In this document: in pieces, positions 47,046-60,538 of the stretch
Layout of the letters: each line of letters opens with the position of its first letter
Numbering within the stretch: the stretch's first letter is position 1
Origin: Octopus bimaculoides
Taxonomy: Eukaryota
Assembly: GCF_001194135.2 (NCBI RefSeq)
Contig: NC_068983.1
Span: 3,566,387 to 3,630,386, forward strand
DNA: 64,000 nt
Reading direction: 5' to 3'
Notes under the pieces: generated by a model
Database searches by the model: none
Seen by the model: only the letters and a program-made list of their open reading frames with translations
Told to the model about the DNA's origin: nothing
Translations under genes and position numbers: made by a program

Positions 47046-48515
47046 AACACACACGCACATACATATATATATGCAAATCTAATGGAGGCCTCAAAAGACA
47101 TTTAATCAGAACTTCACTGCAGCTCTTGGTGGTCCAAATCGGTTATGCAATCTATAAATTTTACAGTTTGGTTTTTGTTCTTTAACTTTGATTGGGAAGA
47201 TTTTTTTTAAAGATTCCTTAACTTTTCTGGAGAACTTTCTCCACATTTGTCGGTGGCGGTTGTCAAACTGATCTCAGGTTGTGTTGTGTTGCGTGATTCT
47301 GTATATAAGAGATTTGGGTGTGTCCGGGGTGGGGGTCGGGGTTTCTTATTAAGTGTGGGAGTGAAGGAGTGTGGATGAACAAGAATATGTATATATGTGT
47401 GTGTGTGTGTGTATATATCTATATATATATATATGTGTGTATATGTATATATATTTATGTATGTGTGTATATATGTATCTATGCACACATATATATATGT
47501 ATGTACATATCTATAAACTGTTGTGAAACAGAAATGAAAACATGAACATTTGCTGGAAGTGAGTCTTGGTATTTCCAGATTCCGTTATTATCCAGTGACA
47601 TTGTTTCTAAGGAACACCTCTGTGTGTAGCAGCCAATGGAAATGAACAACTCTGTTAGCACTTGTTACTGCAATCTCTCATTGGTCAATATAGCTTCTTC
47701 TACATTAAGTTATTTGTTGACCTGCCTTAGACGTGTTCCTTGATTTCTTCATTGTTTTTATTGTTTGTGTGTGGTGGAGGGGTTTCTCTCCTGTTATTTT
47801 CGGGCTGTTTCATTTCTCCTGTCTTCTTCTCCACATCAAACAATGATATCACTGCAGCAGTGACAACATGGACAATGTTTACAAATAATAATAATAATAA
47901 TAAAGACTTACAAAACAAAAAACTATATGTACTAACAGAACTAATTTGTGTCTCTGCTCTAACATAAACATCAATACAAACTTTTACCAAAAATCTCCAT
48001 CAGCAACATCATAATCATCATCATCATCATCATCGTTATAACATTCTCATCATTTTCAATGTTTCTGAAATCTATTCAGTTTTTTTTCTTTTTCTTTTTT
48101 TTTTTTTGTCTTTTCTTATATTCCAACCCTCTTCCAGCATCTCAAGCTACCTTTTACTGCAAATTGAGTCCACAAAGACAGAGAACCAAAATGGCACCGG
48201 AACCAAACAGTCTGTCGTATATAATTTACAGTCATATATTCTTATTACAATATGGTTGTGGCTCTATTGAGTTGGATTACCAACTCAAGGTTTGTATGTT
48301 GAAGTCAAGCTTGGGTGTTTTGCTGATAATATGAAAGAGATACCTGAAGACCCTAGAGATCTCACTTCATGCTAATCCATTCCTAAAGAACAACTCATTG
48401 CTAATAAGAAAATAACTTTCCACTTTCTGCAGCAATTAAGCAGTTACACTGTTGATATTCCTTGTAATTAGCACCAATGTACTCCCAAAGTGTGGACCAC
48501 ACAGACATGCTTTTT

Positions 48516-48548
<33 letters not shown>

Positions 48549-49520
48549 TGGCCTCAACTTCTTAGTGCATTGGTCAATATAGCTTCTGTATTAAGTCAGA
48601 CATACTGGCTCATTCATCTGTCCTCTGTTGTGACAGGCTGTCGATATTTCTGGGTAAGGAATCAACTTGTAGCCAGCCATGCTTATGACAGATAAATGAT
48701 ATCGAAAATACTAGTGCTGGCTCAGAGAACGGATCTTAATTATACAATTAACTCTTTCCATTATCATGTTTCATTTGAAATACAGTGTCTTTGTTTTACT
48801 TAATTTTCAAACTGATGAAAGAGCTAGTCAAATTATTTATTGCAATTAAGGTGAAGAATAAACATGAAAAACAGTCTGTACATATTTATTGACTGACTGT
48901 TGACTACTCATGAGTTTTCTATTTCCAACAATCACCCTCCTCACTAAACAAACTCAGTGGGGTTGCCAGTTTAGACACCGATAACCCGACCAGGTTGTAC
49001 TGGGTTACATGTTACCAGTAGCACTCAAGAGTGACCTGACACCATTACAGAGTGTACTACGTGCTTTTTATGTAACCCCACTTTTTACAGGGCCCCAGCA
49101 CAGGTATTTTTTATGTGGCACCAGCTTGCAATTTATATAATTAATTCCTCTCATTATCGTAATTGATGTTGGAACACAGTTTTTGTTTCAATTCATTTTG
49201 AAAATAATCATTTAGCATAACCTTTTTCATTATTATGCTAATGTTTCTAACATAAATTAGACTGGAATTTTAATTTAGATCTTTCTAAAACAGGGAATTT
49301 GTATCATAAAACAAGGGGCAGTTTCAGGTATGTTGAGGTTAAAAGGGCTGAAGAGGATTTGAAAAACTTATTTTTCAATTCAATTTCAAATTTTCCCGGT
49401 GATTAAGTCCAACATGTGTAGTATTTATTTTAAGACATGTTTGCGTTTACCTCATGTAGAATAGGAATTAAGCTTGTGGAATGGTTAAATATTGAAAATA
49501 GTTGATTGACATTCTTTCAG

Positions 49521-49996
49521 GGTTAACATGCAGTTTAGGGGTTTTAAAAAAATGAAAGTAAATTGACCAGGAATGAAATCTGGTAATTTTGTGTAAACAA
49601 GCTTTGACACAACCAATGATAGAAAATTAATGCCACCACTTCCCATTGGTTCTTTCTGTACAGCACAGTACTTGTGCAGGATTATTACATTGCTCACATG
49701 TAGCTGTGATGGCTGTCATGCATCGATATGCAAGCCATCAAATTGCTTTCTCAGTGGTGATGTTCATTGTTGGATTGAGGACTTGGGAGCGGTGTACTTC
49801 AGCTGCTGTTTCTAAATTACTTGACATCATTAGAAGATACTCTACAACTAGGTACCTGAGAATGCAGCATAACGAGGGAGTTTCATTAATAAAATTAAGG
49901 GATTTCACCAATTCTCTTTATGAAATTATAGGAAGTCCTTGTCACTTCTAATTTAATTTAATTTTTATTTTTTAACCCCAAAACTGCATGTTAACC
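49521..49996. mobile_element. MITE-like element with terminal inverted repeats
   Basis: ggttaacatgcagttt (49521-49536) / aaactgcatgttaacc (49981-49996) perfect, extending imperfectly to about 30 bp; no clear TSD. Confidence 0.5.
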
Positions 49997-50946
49997 TCCA
50001 TTTGGTTTATGATCATAAATTGAAATACTGGGATGGGGGTCAGAATTGTAATGCCATATTTTTAACTGTGGAATCCCCACCCCAGCCACTCCTTCAAAAA
50101 ATTGGAGTTGGGGCTGGGTTGGAATTCAATGCAAAGGAATATTGTTTTAAATAGTGATCGAATTATTTAGGAAATGAGTCAGAAATTTATACATATTCAA
50201 ACTTAAAGCATTAATTTCTTAGGACCAGTCTTTGAAAATGTCCAAATATGCTCAACTGAACTTCCTTTTTTGATTAAGCTATAAAAAATATTTCAGAGCC
50301 ATATGCATGACTGTGTGGTATGAAGCTGGCTTCACTACCATGTGATACCTTGGGCAAGCATCTTCTACTACAGCTTTTGAGCTGACTAAAGGCTTGTGAG
50401 TGGATTTGGAAAACAGAAACTGAAAGAAGCCCATAGTATGTATGTGTGTGTGTGCTTTTGTGTTTGTTTTCATCTCCATGACTTAGCTGTTTGACAAAAG
50501 AGACCAATAGAATAAGTACTGGGGGTTGATTCATTTGACTAAAAATTCTTCAAGGCAATGCCCCAGCATGGCCACAGTCAAATGACCGAAACAACAAAAT
50601 GATACAAGAGGTGTAGCTGCCTAGCAATTGATTTGATCTGAGTGCATGAGTTGAAGCTAAAATAATTACAGCCTGGAACACTGTTCACTTGAAATAATAA
50701 AAAAAACGATTATTTAAGCAAAGTTAATAGTTTTTGTGCTTTTCTGTATGGTTAATACAGTTTTGCAAGCTGTAATTGTTATGTATAAAAAAGAGAATAT
50801 TATACGAAACCAATGTGCTACCTCAATCAATAAAAGGAGTGGATTACCTTTCACACTTCCACATTATTCCATTCATTTGAATTGCTATCCATTAATCTCA
50901 CAGAATCTTATCTTTTTTATTTTTTCCTCCTTCCATTTCATCAGAA

Positions 50947-51170
50947 TGGAGCAGTGAGCTGGCAGAAACGTTAGCATTGCCAGGCGAAACGCTTAGCAGC
51001 ATTTCATCTGTCTTTACGTTCTGAGCTCAAATTCCGGTGAGGTCGACCTTGCCTTTCATCCTTTCAGGGGTCGATAAATTAAGTACCAGTGAAACACTGG
51101 GGTTGATGTAATCGACTATCCCCCTCCCCCAAATTTCAGGCCTTGTGCCTAGAGTAGAAAAGAATCATTT
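50947..51170 (+). mobile_element. MetaSINE/Sauria-SINE-like tRNA SINE
   Basis: gcagtgagctggcagaaacgttagc...gaggtcgaccttgcctttcatcctttcaggggtcgataaattaagtaccag. Confidence 0.7.
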
Positions 51171-52859
51171 CTGCATCAAACAAAATGTTCAGTGGTTTTC
51201 CTTTCGGCTCTTTACATTCTGAGTTCGAATCCTACCTTTCATCTTCACATCCTGGGGTTGATGTAATTAATGTGCTCCCTCCCCTCATGTTGCTGGCCTT
51301 GTGCCGAAATTTGAAATAATTACTTCAACAATAGACCTCTCTTTACCTTCTGAGTTTGAATTCTGCTAGGATTGATTCACTTTTCAAGTACCAGTCATTA
51401 ACTGCAATCAATGCAGTTGACTTATCTTCTCACTCTAAACACTGCTGACTTTGTGCCAAAATTAGTGATAATTATTTACTCGGAATAAATGGATTGTATA
51501 TTTCTATTTTACCATTACTAACACTGTTTTTGTTGTCCTTCATCTTTTTTTTTTTTGACTCCCTAATTCAGTTTAGTTCCCTAACATTATTTAATTCTTA
51601 TAAACTGTACACAGACCTTTAACTCCATTACCACCATCAACAATAATAACAGTAACCATGTTAATGTTTTAAAACTTTTACAAGATTTCTTCAGTGTTTT
51701 TGGCCCTCCCCCTGTTATAAATCCTCATGATAATAGGATCATCTTCTGGGAGTATTCTGTGACAGATGGGTCTCCTGTGTAGGAAAGAGTAAAGATTTGC
51801 AAGCTATTGGCTGATTGCAAATCGTGATCTGTTTCAGTCCAATGGAATTCTTCCAATTTCTGTACAGTGGTATTTCTTTAGTTCCATACCCTATGATGAT
51901 CACCTTGCTATTAAATAATACTTTGATGAATTCTAGCTAACGAGAGAACCTCTATAGAAATAACAGCCAAATTTCTCAAATCATGCCCTAACCTCTAAAA
52001 TGAAGACACATTGGATAATGTAACCCCATGATGTATAAAAAGATGGTAGGGTTACGACTGGAATACCTCTGGTCATATGTTTGATTAATCAGAACTAAAC
52101 AATACATGCATTCACTCCACTACACTGCATTACACATCTCTCATCATGTAACATCCACTTTTCCATACTTGCATAGAGAAGATGAGATTTGTAGATGCAG
52201 TTCTATGACCAAATGCCCTCGTCACACACCCTCACCTCTTTCTGAGCTGTGTTATTATTTCCCTACGACCAGACATGTTTTTGAAGTGTATTGGAAATGA
52301 GTGACACTTTGTTATCATAATGACTTCCATTCACAACTGTCACACAGTATCACTAATATCTCTTGCCCAATCACATTTCTGGTATCTCTTAGCCAATCAT
52401 ATCACTTGTATCTTTTGCTCTTGCCTCTCTTTTTGTTTTCCTATTATGGTTATTAAAATTAACAAGCATTTTTATAAAATTATTATTATAAATAAATGTT
52501 AATTAAAATTCAGCAAATGCTTTCTTCATATTTTCCTTGTCTTCTTCATGATCAATTATGCAGTGTTGGCACAGTTTAGCCCCTGGTCAGTCTTGATCAA
52601 GGGCGTTCTACTTGTGACCATCTCTTTTCTACAGACAGAAGTTACAATTTGAAGGATATTTAGCTGCTATTCCTAACAATTAGAGCAACCATGTAGAGAC
52701 TCCATTGCTGGCTCAGATTTCAGAGAGAGTTTTGGTTTCTATTTCCAGCAGCTTCAGTGACCACATACATTTCTTTTGAGTTTTTTTTTTTTTGTTTTTT
52801 TGCCACCTTTGAAAGAATCATCAATCATTGATGTCTGCTATTTGAAGAAAGTTCTGGTT

Positions 52860-54272
52860 TCATGGTTATTTATTTCTCAAATTTCTTTCAGGGATGTAAG
52901 TGTAAATATTCCAAGACATGCTGGTTTATGGCTGAGACCCAAATTGCAGGTAACCTTTCAATTTCCCCTGAAACGAGACGCCAAAACACAGTTGCATTGA
53001 ATGTCATGGCTGGCAGTCGCAAACGATTTTCGTGAAAACCGAATTGCATCTCGTGGAGAGTATGGGTATAAAAATCAACTTGAACTGCGTTCCTGGCATT
53101 CATAATTTGGACGCATCAGATATGACCTGATTGTCAGTGGCACTGAGGGAACAAGCTATTGGCTGATTGCAAGCAGGGCAATGTGCCCTGGTTGTTGTGA
53201 AAGTTTACAATGTCCATGTCAGCACCATCTATGGCCTGCGACTGTGATACACCAACAGCACTGCAGAGGGTGGCCCCAGGGGACCATGCCTAGAAAGGAC
53301 TGCTTTGTCCACCTGTAACACCTCTGTGATTGCTTCAGACTGGCCTGCATGACAGCAACCCATCAGCAACGACACAGTACGACGTTGACTGGCCACCAAC
53401 AACCTGCATCGCCATCGTCCTCGAGGGCCTGTCCTCAGGCGTGACTTCAGTGGGTTACACAGCATCAACAATGGAAGTCGATAGTTTTCTCTGATGAGAG
53501 CCAGTACTGCGTTTCCACCTCGGATAGCAGAGTGAGGGTGTGGCATAGGAGGGGGTGAATGCTACAGAGACACATGTGTCATGGAGGAGACGTATGGGGT
53601 GGCCAAAGCATCATAGTTTGGGGTGCTGTAGGTCTGAATCAGAGAACTGGGCCCCATGTGTTCCAAAATGTTGGTGCAGGCAGAGGGAATGGCATCAGAG
53701 CACAGTGATATGTTGACCAGATTCTAAGACCTCATATCGTGCCCTTCTTCGCACGTCACCATAGCCATGTGTTCCAGCAGGACAATGCTCCCTCACACAC
53801 GACCAGGGTCACCATGGACTTCCTGCGTCAACACAACATCAGAACCATTCCGTGGCCGGCTCTCAGCCTGGATTTGAACCCAATTGAACACCTGTGGGAT
53901 GAAATCCAGAGACAACTGAGCCAGGTGGTCTCAAGGCCGACAACTTGTATGGAACTGGAGGCCGCTTTCCTCAAGGTGTGGGCACAGGTGCCAATGGCTT
54001 TTGTAAATCGCCTCATGCACTCCATGTACTGACAGTGTATAGCCGTTTTGAACAACCAGGGAGGGCATACAGAGTATTGAACATGTCACGCCCTACAATC
54101 TTGATGTGCTGGATCCGCCCACTACCAGAACACATAGCAACGACCCGTAGACTGTGGTCAAAGTGCATCCAAATAATTGACTTTATCAGATTTACCAAAA
54201 CTTATCTGACATAATGAAATTAAAACATATTTCACAGTCACACACGTCTTGCATTTCTTTTGCAGTTCAGTG
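52860..54272 (+). mobile_element. Tc1 (DD34E) transposon remnant
   Basis: IVFSDES at about 53480; FQQDNAPSH...SLDLNPIEHLW with 34 residues between D and E; right end ttttgcagttcagtg followed by TA; left TIR not found. Confidence 0.88.
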
Positions 54273-55039
54273 TATATAGATATGTATATATGTATATACA
54301 TATATGTATATATGTATATAGATATGTATATATTATCATCATTATCATCATTTAGTGTCCATTGTCGAAAGGAACTCAGCCACCTTGTTTCTGTGAGGCC
54401 CAACACTCAAAAGAAACTCAGCCACTTGGCCTCCATTGGGTCCAACACTCAAAAGAAACTCAGCCATTTTGCCTCTGTGGGGCTGACATTTAACATTGAT
54501 TTTTTTTTACATGCCACCAGCATGGGTGGGGGGCACTTGGCTTGACGGGTCCCCTTAAGCAGAGCACATTGCCAAAGGTCTCGGTCACTAGTCTCTGTGG
54601 GGTTCAAAGTTCGAAGGTCATGCTTCACCACTTCATCCCATGTCTTCCTGGGTCTACCTTTACCACAGGTCCCCTCCACAGTTAGAGAGCGGCACTTCTT
54701 TACACCACTGTCCTCGTCCATACGCATCACATGACCATATCAGCGCAGTCGTCTCTACATATACATATTGATATTCAATTTTGTTTAGTTGTATGTAAAA
54801 AAGTACAAGAGGAGAGAGAATTATGTGAATGGAAAATAATTTTGGAGTACACAGAAGATGTGTATATAAATAGATAAATAAATAAAAAGGCACATAGCAT
54901 GGAAAGCGGACATTAAACGATGATGATGATATATGTATATGTATATATAGTTGAAATTTATTGTGAAACAAAAGGCAAAGACAGGTGTATGAACAACAAA
55001 CGGGTGTATTAGTTTGATGCTTGGGAAAAATGGAAAAGT

Positions 55040-55075
55040 CTTTTACCTTTCAAGCCTACAAACTTCAACAGAAAG
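55040..55075 (-). ncRNA. Second family B hammerhead-like motif (CUGUUGA core, decayed stems II and III)
   Basis: Reverse complement CTTT-CTGTTGA-A-GTTTGTAGGCTT-GAAA-GG-TA-AAAG. Confidence 0.55.
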
Positions 55076-55148
55076 GAATAAGAGAAAATAAACAGAGAGA
55101 ATAATAAATAATCCTAATACCACTGAACAGAAATACATAACTAAATAT

Positions 55149-55579
55149 CGCACGTGTAAAAATAATCAGTCATGTCCTTTAGAAGGCAAATGTAGAAGGT
55201 TCAACATTATATATAAATGTACTGTTACTAAAGCCGCTAACTCACATAGTAAGGTATATATAGGAAGCTCCATTAACTTTAAAGACAGATATTTAGCCCA
55301 TATACATTCATTTAAACACCAAATATTACAAACAACACTATCTCATTGGCTGCATATATACATAAACTAAAACTAAAAAATGTTAACTATAAATTATCCT
55401 GGTCAATTATTGACTCAGCTACACCATTTACCCACAAATCTTCTATTTGCCATTTATGTACAAAAGGATCACTATACATATCATTATATAAGCAAAATAA
55501 TTTATTTAACTGCCAATCGGAAGCATTATCCACGTGTAAACATCGGTTTTATAAAACTTTTAAACACTATAAGAGATGA
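55149..55579 (+). mobile_element. Penelope-like element GIY-YIG endonuclease fragment, frameshifted
   Basis: CPLEGKC...IIYKCTV...VYIGSSINFKDRYLAHIHSF / LAAYIHKLK...LSWSII...CHLCTK...LFNCQSE...CKHR. Confidence 0.85.
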
Positions 55580-56166
55580 TTAAGAAAAGCTTCACATTAA
55601 TATTTTGTATTTTATATTTTATTATCATAAAATATCAAGATTATTGTAAGTAAAAAAATATTTTAAAAAACTTAAAATTTAAATTATTGTAAATCAAACA
55701 CATATATTCACAAGATATAGATTATTCATTAAATAAATAGAATTTCTCCTCCGGAAACTTGAACCTATACTCTTTTAATATATAACTAATTGACTTTAAA
55801 TATAATGCATTAATTTACTTTATACCAAGTCAATACACAAACATATCTAGATTTGCATAAAATATAAATTAATAATGGTATCTTCTGGTTTTATCTCAAT
55901 AATAATAACAGCAACAAATAATCACATTTATTCTGTCGCATTTATGGATAACACACGGAAGAAGAAATGGATTATAGGAATTCTATCTTTATACAACCAT
56001 CACGGATTTTTACTATTGATTTATTCTACTTTTTTAGTTTTAACTCAAATTTATACCAACACAGACATATGAATACCAATAATTTTTAAAAAAATTTTCC
56101 TCATTCAATTTAAACAGCATTTTATTCATTCGATTTCCTCCACCAAAATTCATCCTTTCGACTAGA

Positions 56167-56257
56167 TTCTCTGATGAGCAGATATACTTCCTAATGATGC
56201 TTATCAACTTTAGATTTCATTTTAAGAGGAAGTATATTCACAAAACAATCGTAAAAA
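56167..56257 (+). ncRNA. Decayed long-stem-II hammerhead in the Penelope 3' region
   Basis: TTCT-CTGATGA-GC..ATATACTTCCT...AGGAAGTATAT..CAC-AAAA-C aatc G-TA; CACAAAA can be read as CpG-decayed CGCGAAA. Confidence 0.45.
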
Positions 56258-57304
56258 CTTTTCAACGTTTTACTGTCTACCTACTGCTGTCTACCTGTCT
56301 ACCAGATTGCTTCAATCTGGCCAGACCCAAGGAAAAACTAAGCGAAGAGAATTAGATTCCTTGGAAGAAAGCAACAAATGTATACGAAAACAAGGACGGA
56401 AACAAAACGAACAATGTTACACAAATACAAATAACAAGGACTAAGGACGAATTAGATTAAGCTGGCGTGTGTGGAAATAAAGCCTTACGGCAGGGATACA
56501 GGGTTTCACAGGCACAGGGAGGAATATAGATGTTACATGGACGACGGCTGAACCAAGAAAGAAAGACCAGGCTTGGCCGAACACCGGTCACGTGTATATG
56601 TATGTATACATATATAATATATATATATATTTATGTATATATATATTTATGTATATATATATATATNNNNNNNNNNNNNNNNNNNNNNNNNNNNNNNNNN
56701 NNNNNNNNNNNNNNNNNNNNNNNNNNNNNNNNNNNNNNNNNNNNNNNNNNNNNNNNNNNNNNNNNNATATATATATATATACATATGTATAGATACATAT
56801 GAAAAAACATACATGTAGATACACATACCTATATATATACATATACGTGTATACACATATATGCACACATACTCATATATATCTGTATCCACTCACATAC
56901 ACATTCATATAAGTATGCATACATACACACACACATATTGATGGTTATCAAAGAATTTATGTATGTTTAAACATTATTAAATTGTTGCTAAGGATACGCA
57001 AAAGTGGTTATTAAAGTAATATAATAGGGACAATGCTGATGTGAGATACGAGGAATGTAGTTATTCCAAAGATTTTCAAGTATGCATAAGTGCGCACACC
57101 TCAATATCAATTGTACGTACACACACACATACACACACATATATACACATACATATATATACATATATATATATATATATACATATATACATACATATAT
57201 ATATATACATATAGATACACAGACACACATACATACACACAAATATATATAAACATATGCATACAGATGTACATAAATATATATATATATGTATATGTCT
57301 TTGT

Positions 57305-57915
57305 CATCATCATCATCGTTTAATGACTGTTTTCTATGCTGGCATGGGTTGGACGGTTTGACTGGGAACTGGCAAGCCAGGAGGTCGCATCAGACTCCAG
57401 TCTGATCGGGCAGTGTTTCTACAGCTGGGTGCCCTTCCTAACGCCAACCACTCTACAGTGTGTACTGGGTGCTTTTTACATGCCACCAGCACAGGAGCCA
57501 GTCGGGGCGGAAGGGGATGAGGGCTGGCACCAACCACGTTCGGATGGTGCTTTTCACATGCCAATGGCATGGGGAGCCAGTCAGGTGGCTCTGGCAACAA
57601 CCCACGTATGAATGGTGCTTATTGCGTGCCACCAGCACTGGCGTCAGCCACAACTGCAACTTCCATTTGATTGTGATTTGATTTTGATTTTGATTTTGCT
57701 TGACTCAATAGGTCTCCCCAAGCACGGCATGTTGCCTGACGATTCAAAAGTACTTTTTAAATGGGCTGGTTATGCGACACTGGTGCAGGCTGCGGCTGTG
57801 ATCTCCCTTTCCTTTTCAGGTCTTCTCAGTCACAGCAGATCTCCAGAGGTTTCAGTCTTTCGTCATTGCCTTTGTAAGGCCCAATGTTGAAGGTCATGCT
57901 TCACCACCTCATCCA
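57305..57915 (-). mobile_element. RTE 3' end and 3'UTR
   Basis: catcatcgtttaa tail, ctacagctgggtgcccttcctaacgccaacc block, gaaggtcatgcttcaccacctcatcc ORF end. Confidence 0.75.
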
Positions 57916-58424
57916 TGTTTGGAGGATTCCAGGCCCTAACCAGTCATGGGAAATTGGGGGTTGGGGAGGGGAATGTGATTTCTGAATGTACCAAAAAGCT
58001 TTTAGGGGATATGATGTTGGGTGGGGGGATCAGTTCACTCTACAACATTTCCCCTTTTAAACTATACACTTCTTGGAGAGTGTGGGTGTACACATTTTTT
58101 TATTATTATTATTATTATTTCTCCCCCACATCTTCCCTTTAAAAAATCTCTGAATGGAGTTCAATACTTTTTCTTCTTTGGGTCAACCATAACAGGTTCT
58201 GGAAATTACCTCTTTCTGTTACTCCTCCAAACGGGTGCGTCAGTTTTATTTGGTAATGGTACTTCAAACATAATGTACATAAAATCCATCAGTTTTTCAA
58301 TTTTATTTTTATCTTCAGTGCATCTTTTTCTCAACTGGTTTGCATGTCATTTGAAATCAAACCCTTGTCTTTTCACCTTTTTTACCATATAGATAATTTT
58401 CCCAATTCTATTACAAATAATATA

Positions 58425-58583
58425 CATTATTTACATTTGACGGAGATTTGTCCTTATCTTATTTGTTGTTAACACAACGTTTCGGCTGATATAACCTCCA
58501 GCATTCATCAGGTGTCTTATAACATCAAAAAACACCTTAGGAATGAAAACCCAGGTTTGAAATTTCCCCAAGACACCTGATGA
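58425..58583. mobile_element. Family A copy with internal inversion
   Basis: Minus-strand HHR 58471-58516 (U-C mismatch closing stem II) plus 3' tail; plus-strand piece of the 5' region ending aagacacCTGATGA, fused to a SINE. Confidence 0.8.
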
Positions 58584-60255
58584 TTTGTTCGACTAAAGGC
58601 AGTACTCCAGTATGGCCACAGTCAAATGGCTGGAGCAAGTAAAAGAGTAAATGGGTAACTAGCAGACTAATGCTTATAAAGAAGTAAAATAGAATCAGTA
58701 CATGTGTTTATTATTGGCACAATGACCTTCCTGAGATACAAGAAAATCTGTTTCAACTTGTAGCTTCAAATTAAAAATCTTACAAAGCAAATACAAAAAC
58801 AAAACAATATTGAGAGGACTTTTGCATACATTGAGACAGTTTTGATATATTTAAACATTAAGGTTACAGCTGTGCATTTATTTGATCAATTAAAACAGGA
58901 TGGGATTCCAACAAAACAATTACGCCATAAGTGGATGGCTTTGTCTAGGCTAAATGAAGAAATTTGATCAATGACTTTGCTGCATAATTGTGGGAAAAAA
59001 ATGTTTTAATGTATAACCAGCTCTCATGGAGCAGCGAGTATGAATCTAATGTGACTTATGCTTTTATAATTGTCGTTTGACCACTTATGGAAATTCAGAC
59101 GTAAACACATCCTCCAGATTAGCTCACTCTTGACACAGACATCCTGAATGTGCTGGAGGGAAAGAGACAGGGCTATATCAGTATTAGGTTGGTATCCACT
59201 TTCAACAGAGTAGACTGCAACTGCAACAGTTACCAATACTGGCCCAGAACTCCTACAGGCTACATCCCTCTTCACCGGAGGGTAAAGGCTTGAAACTTCT
59301 ACTGTGGAGGATGGGTCAGGCAGAAATGAAAATAATCTAATAAAATTCATATTTTTTATTTATTTGATACTTAGACTGGGCATAACACAATGTGAAATAC
59401 ACCTGACCTAGTTTGGGTTGTAGAACTCAGTTTTTGTCATTGCATATAAGGTCAGGATGATGTCAATCATACAGTCATTTTTGTAGCCATATCAAGTTTA
59501 TAGGAAGTATAGCCAAAAAGTATGAAAGTGGCGGTGGCGGTTGAGGTGGTGGGGGGGTGAGGTGGTGGTGGTGGTGGTTTTGGTGACGATGGTGGTGGTG
59601 GTGGAAAATTTGAAAAGCTTCAAGCCACTGAGAAAAATTTTGCAAAAGCCAGTAATGGTATTGCTAGTGTTGCTAGTGTTGGTGGTGGTGGTGGTGGTGG
59701 TGGTGACAGTATTGGTGGTAGTGGCAGTATTGGTAACTGTTGCAGTTGATCGACATGATCATGACACAGTACTCCAACAGAAACAGCAACAGCAACAGCA
59801 GCAGCAGCAGTAGCAGTAGCAGCAGGGCAGCCAGTGCAGCGATAGTAGTGAAGGATTAAAATAATGATTTGGTACTGAAAATGAATATTAGTCAATTTCC
59901 TCCCCCCCCCCCCCCNNNNNNNNNNNNNNNNNNNNNNNNNNNNNNNNNNNNNNNNTATTGTAGTGATGGAAAGCAACATCGTTAATTCTGCCATACAGAA
60001 CGTTTCGTGATACCTAAGATATTAGTTTTGTCAGCTCTGATATCAGCTTCACTCTCCATTCTTCTGAGTTCTATTCATAAGATTCCTGTGAAGTTCTGGG
60101 GACGATTTCTCTGCAACTACCGTACCTCACCCCCATTCACTGTGAACCCTTTCTCCAGGCATGAGAGAAGGGGGAAAAAAACAAAAGAAACTGATACGAT
60201 ACTGGAGTTGTCTGACACAACGATCTCGTGTGATTTACAGTATGGGACGGTAACG

Positions 60256-60395
60256 AAGAGGAAGAGTCAGAGGAGAAAGAGTCGGAGGAGGAAGAGTCAG
60301 AGGAGGAAGAGTCGGAGGAGGAAGAGTCGGAGGAGGAAGAGTAAGAGGAGGAAGTCAGAGGAGGAAGAGTAAGAGGAGGAAGAGTAAGAGGAGGT
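60256..60395 (+). repeat. Purine-rich 15-bp tandem repeat GAGGAAGAGTC(A/G)GAG
   Basis: Direct periodicity. Confidence 0.9.
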
Positions 60396-60538
60396 AGAGT
60401 AGCAGCCATGAGGTTCTCAGGGTTCTGAAGGAATGGCAGGTGGGAGGAAGAAGCTGTAACTACAGTAAAGGTATGCGTGCCACAGGTGTTGATGGTGTAC
60501 AGTGGCGTGGGTAATCAATACCCCACTCTACTGGACTT

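Noticed and set aside
48806-48865. CTGATGA...GAAAACAGTC hammerhead
   Set aside because: No convincing stem I or II
53490-53500. CTGATGA as a hammerhead core
   Set aside because: It encodes the Tc1 FSDE motif; no stems or GAAA in register
59991-60040. Minus-strand hammerhead (CTGACAA...GAAACGTT)
   Set aside because: Stem II does not close and stem I has a mismatch
60007-60409. Protamine-like (RKSRRR)n, acidic or Ser-rich ORFs
   Set aside because: All are frames of a 15-bp purine repeat; no independent gene evidence
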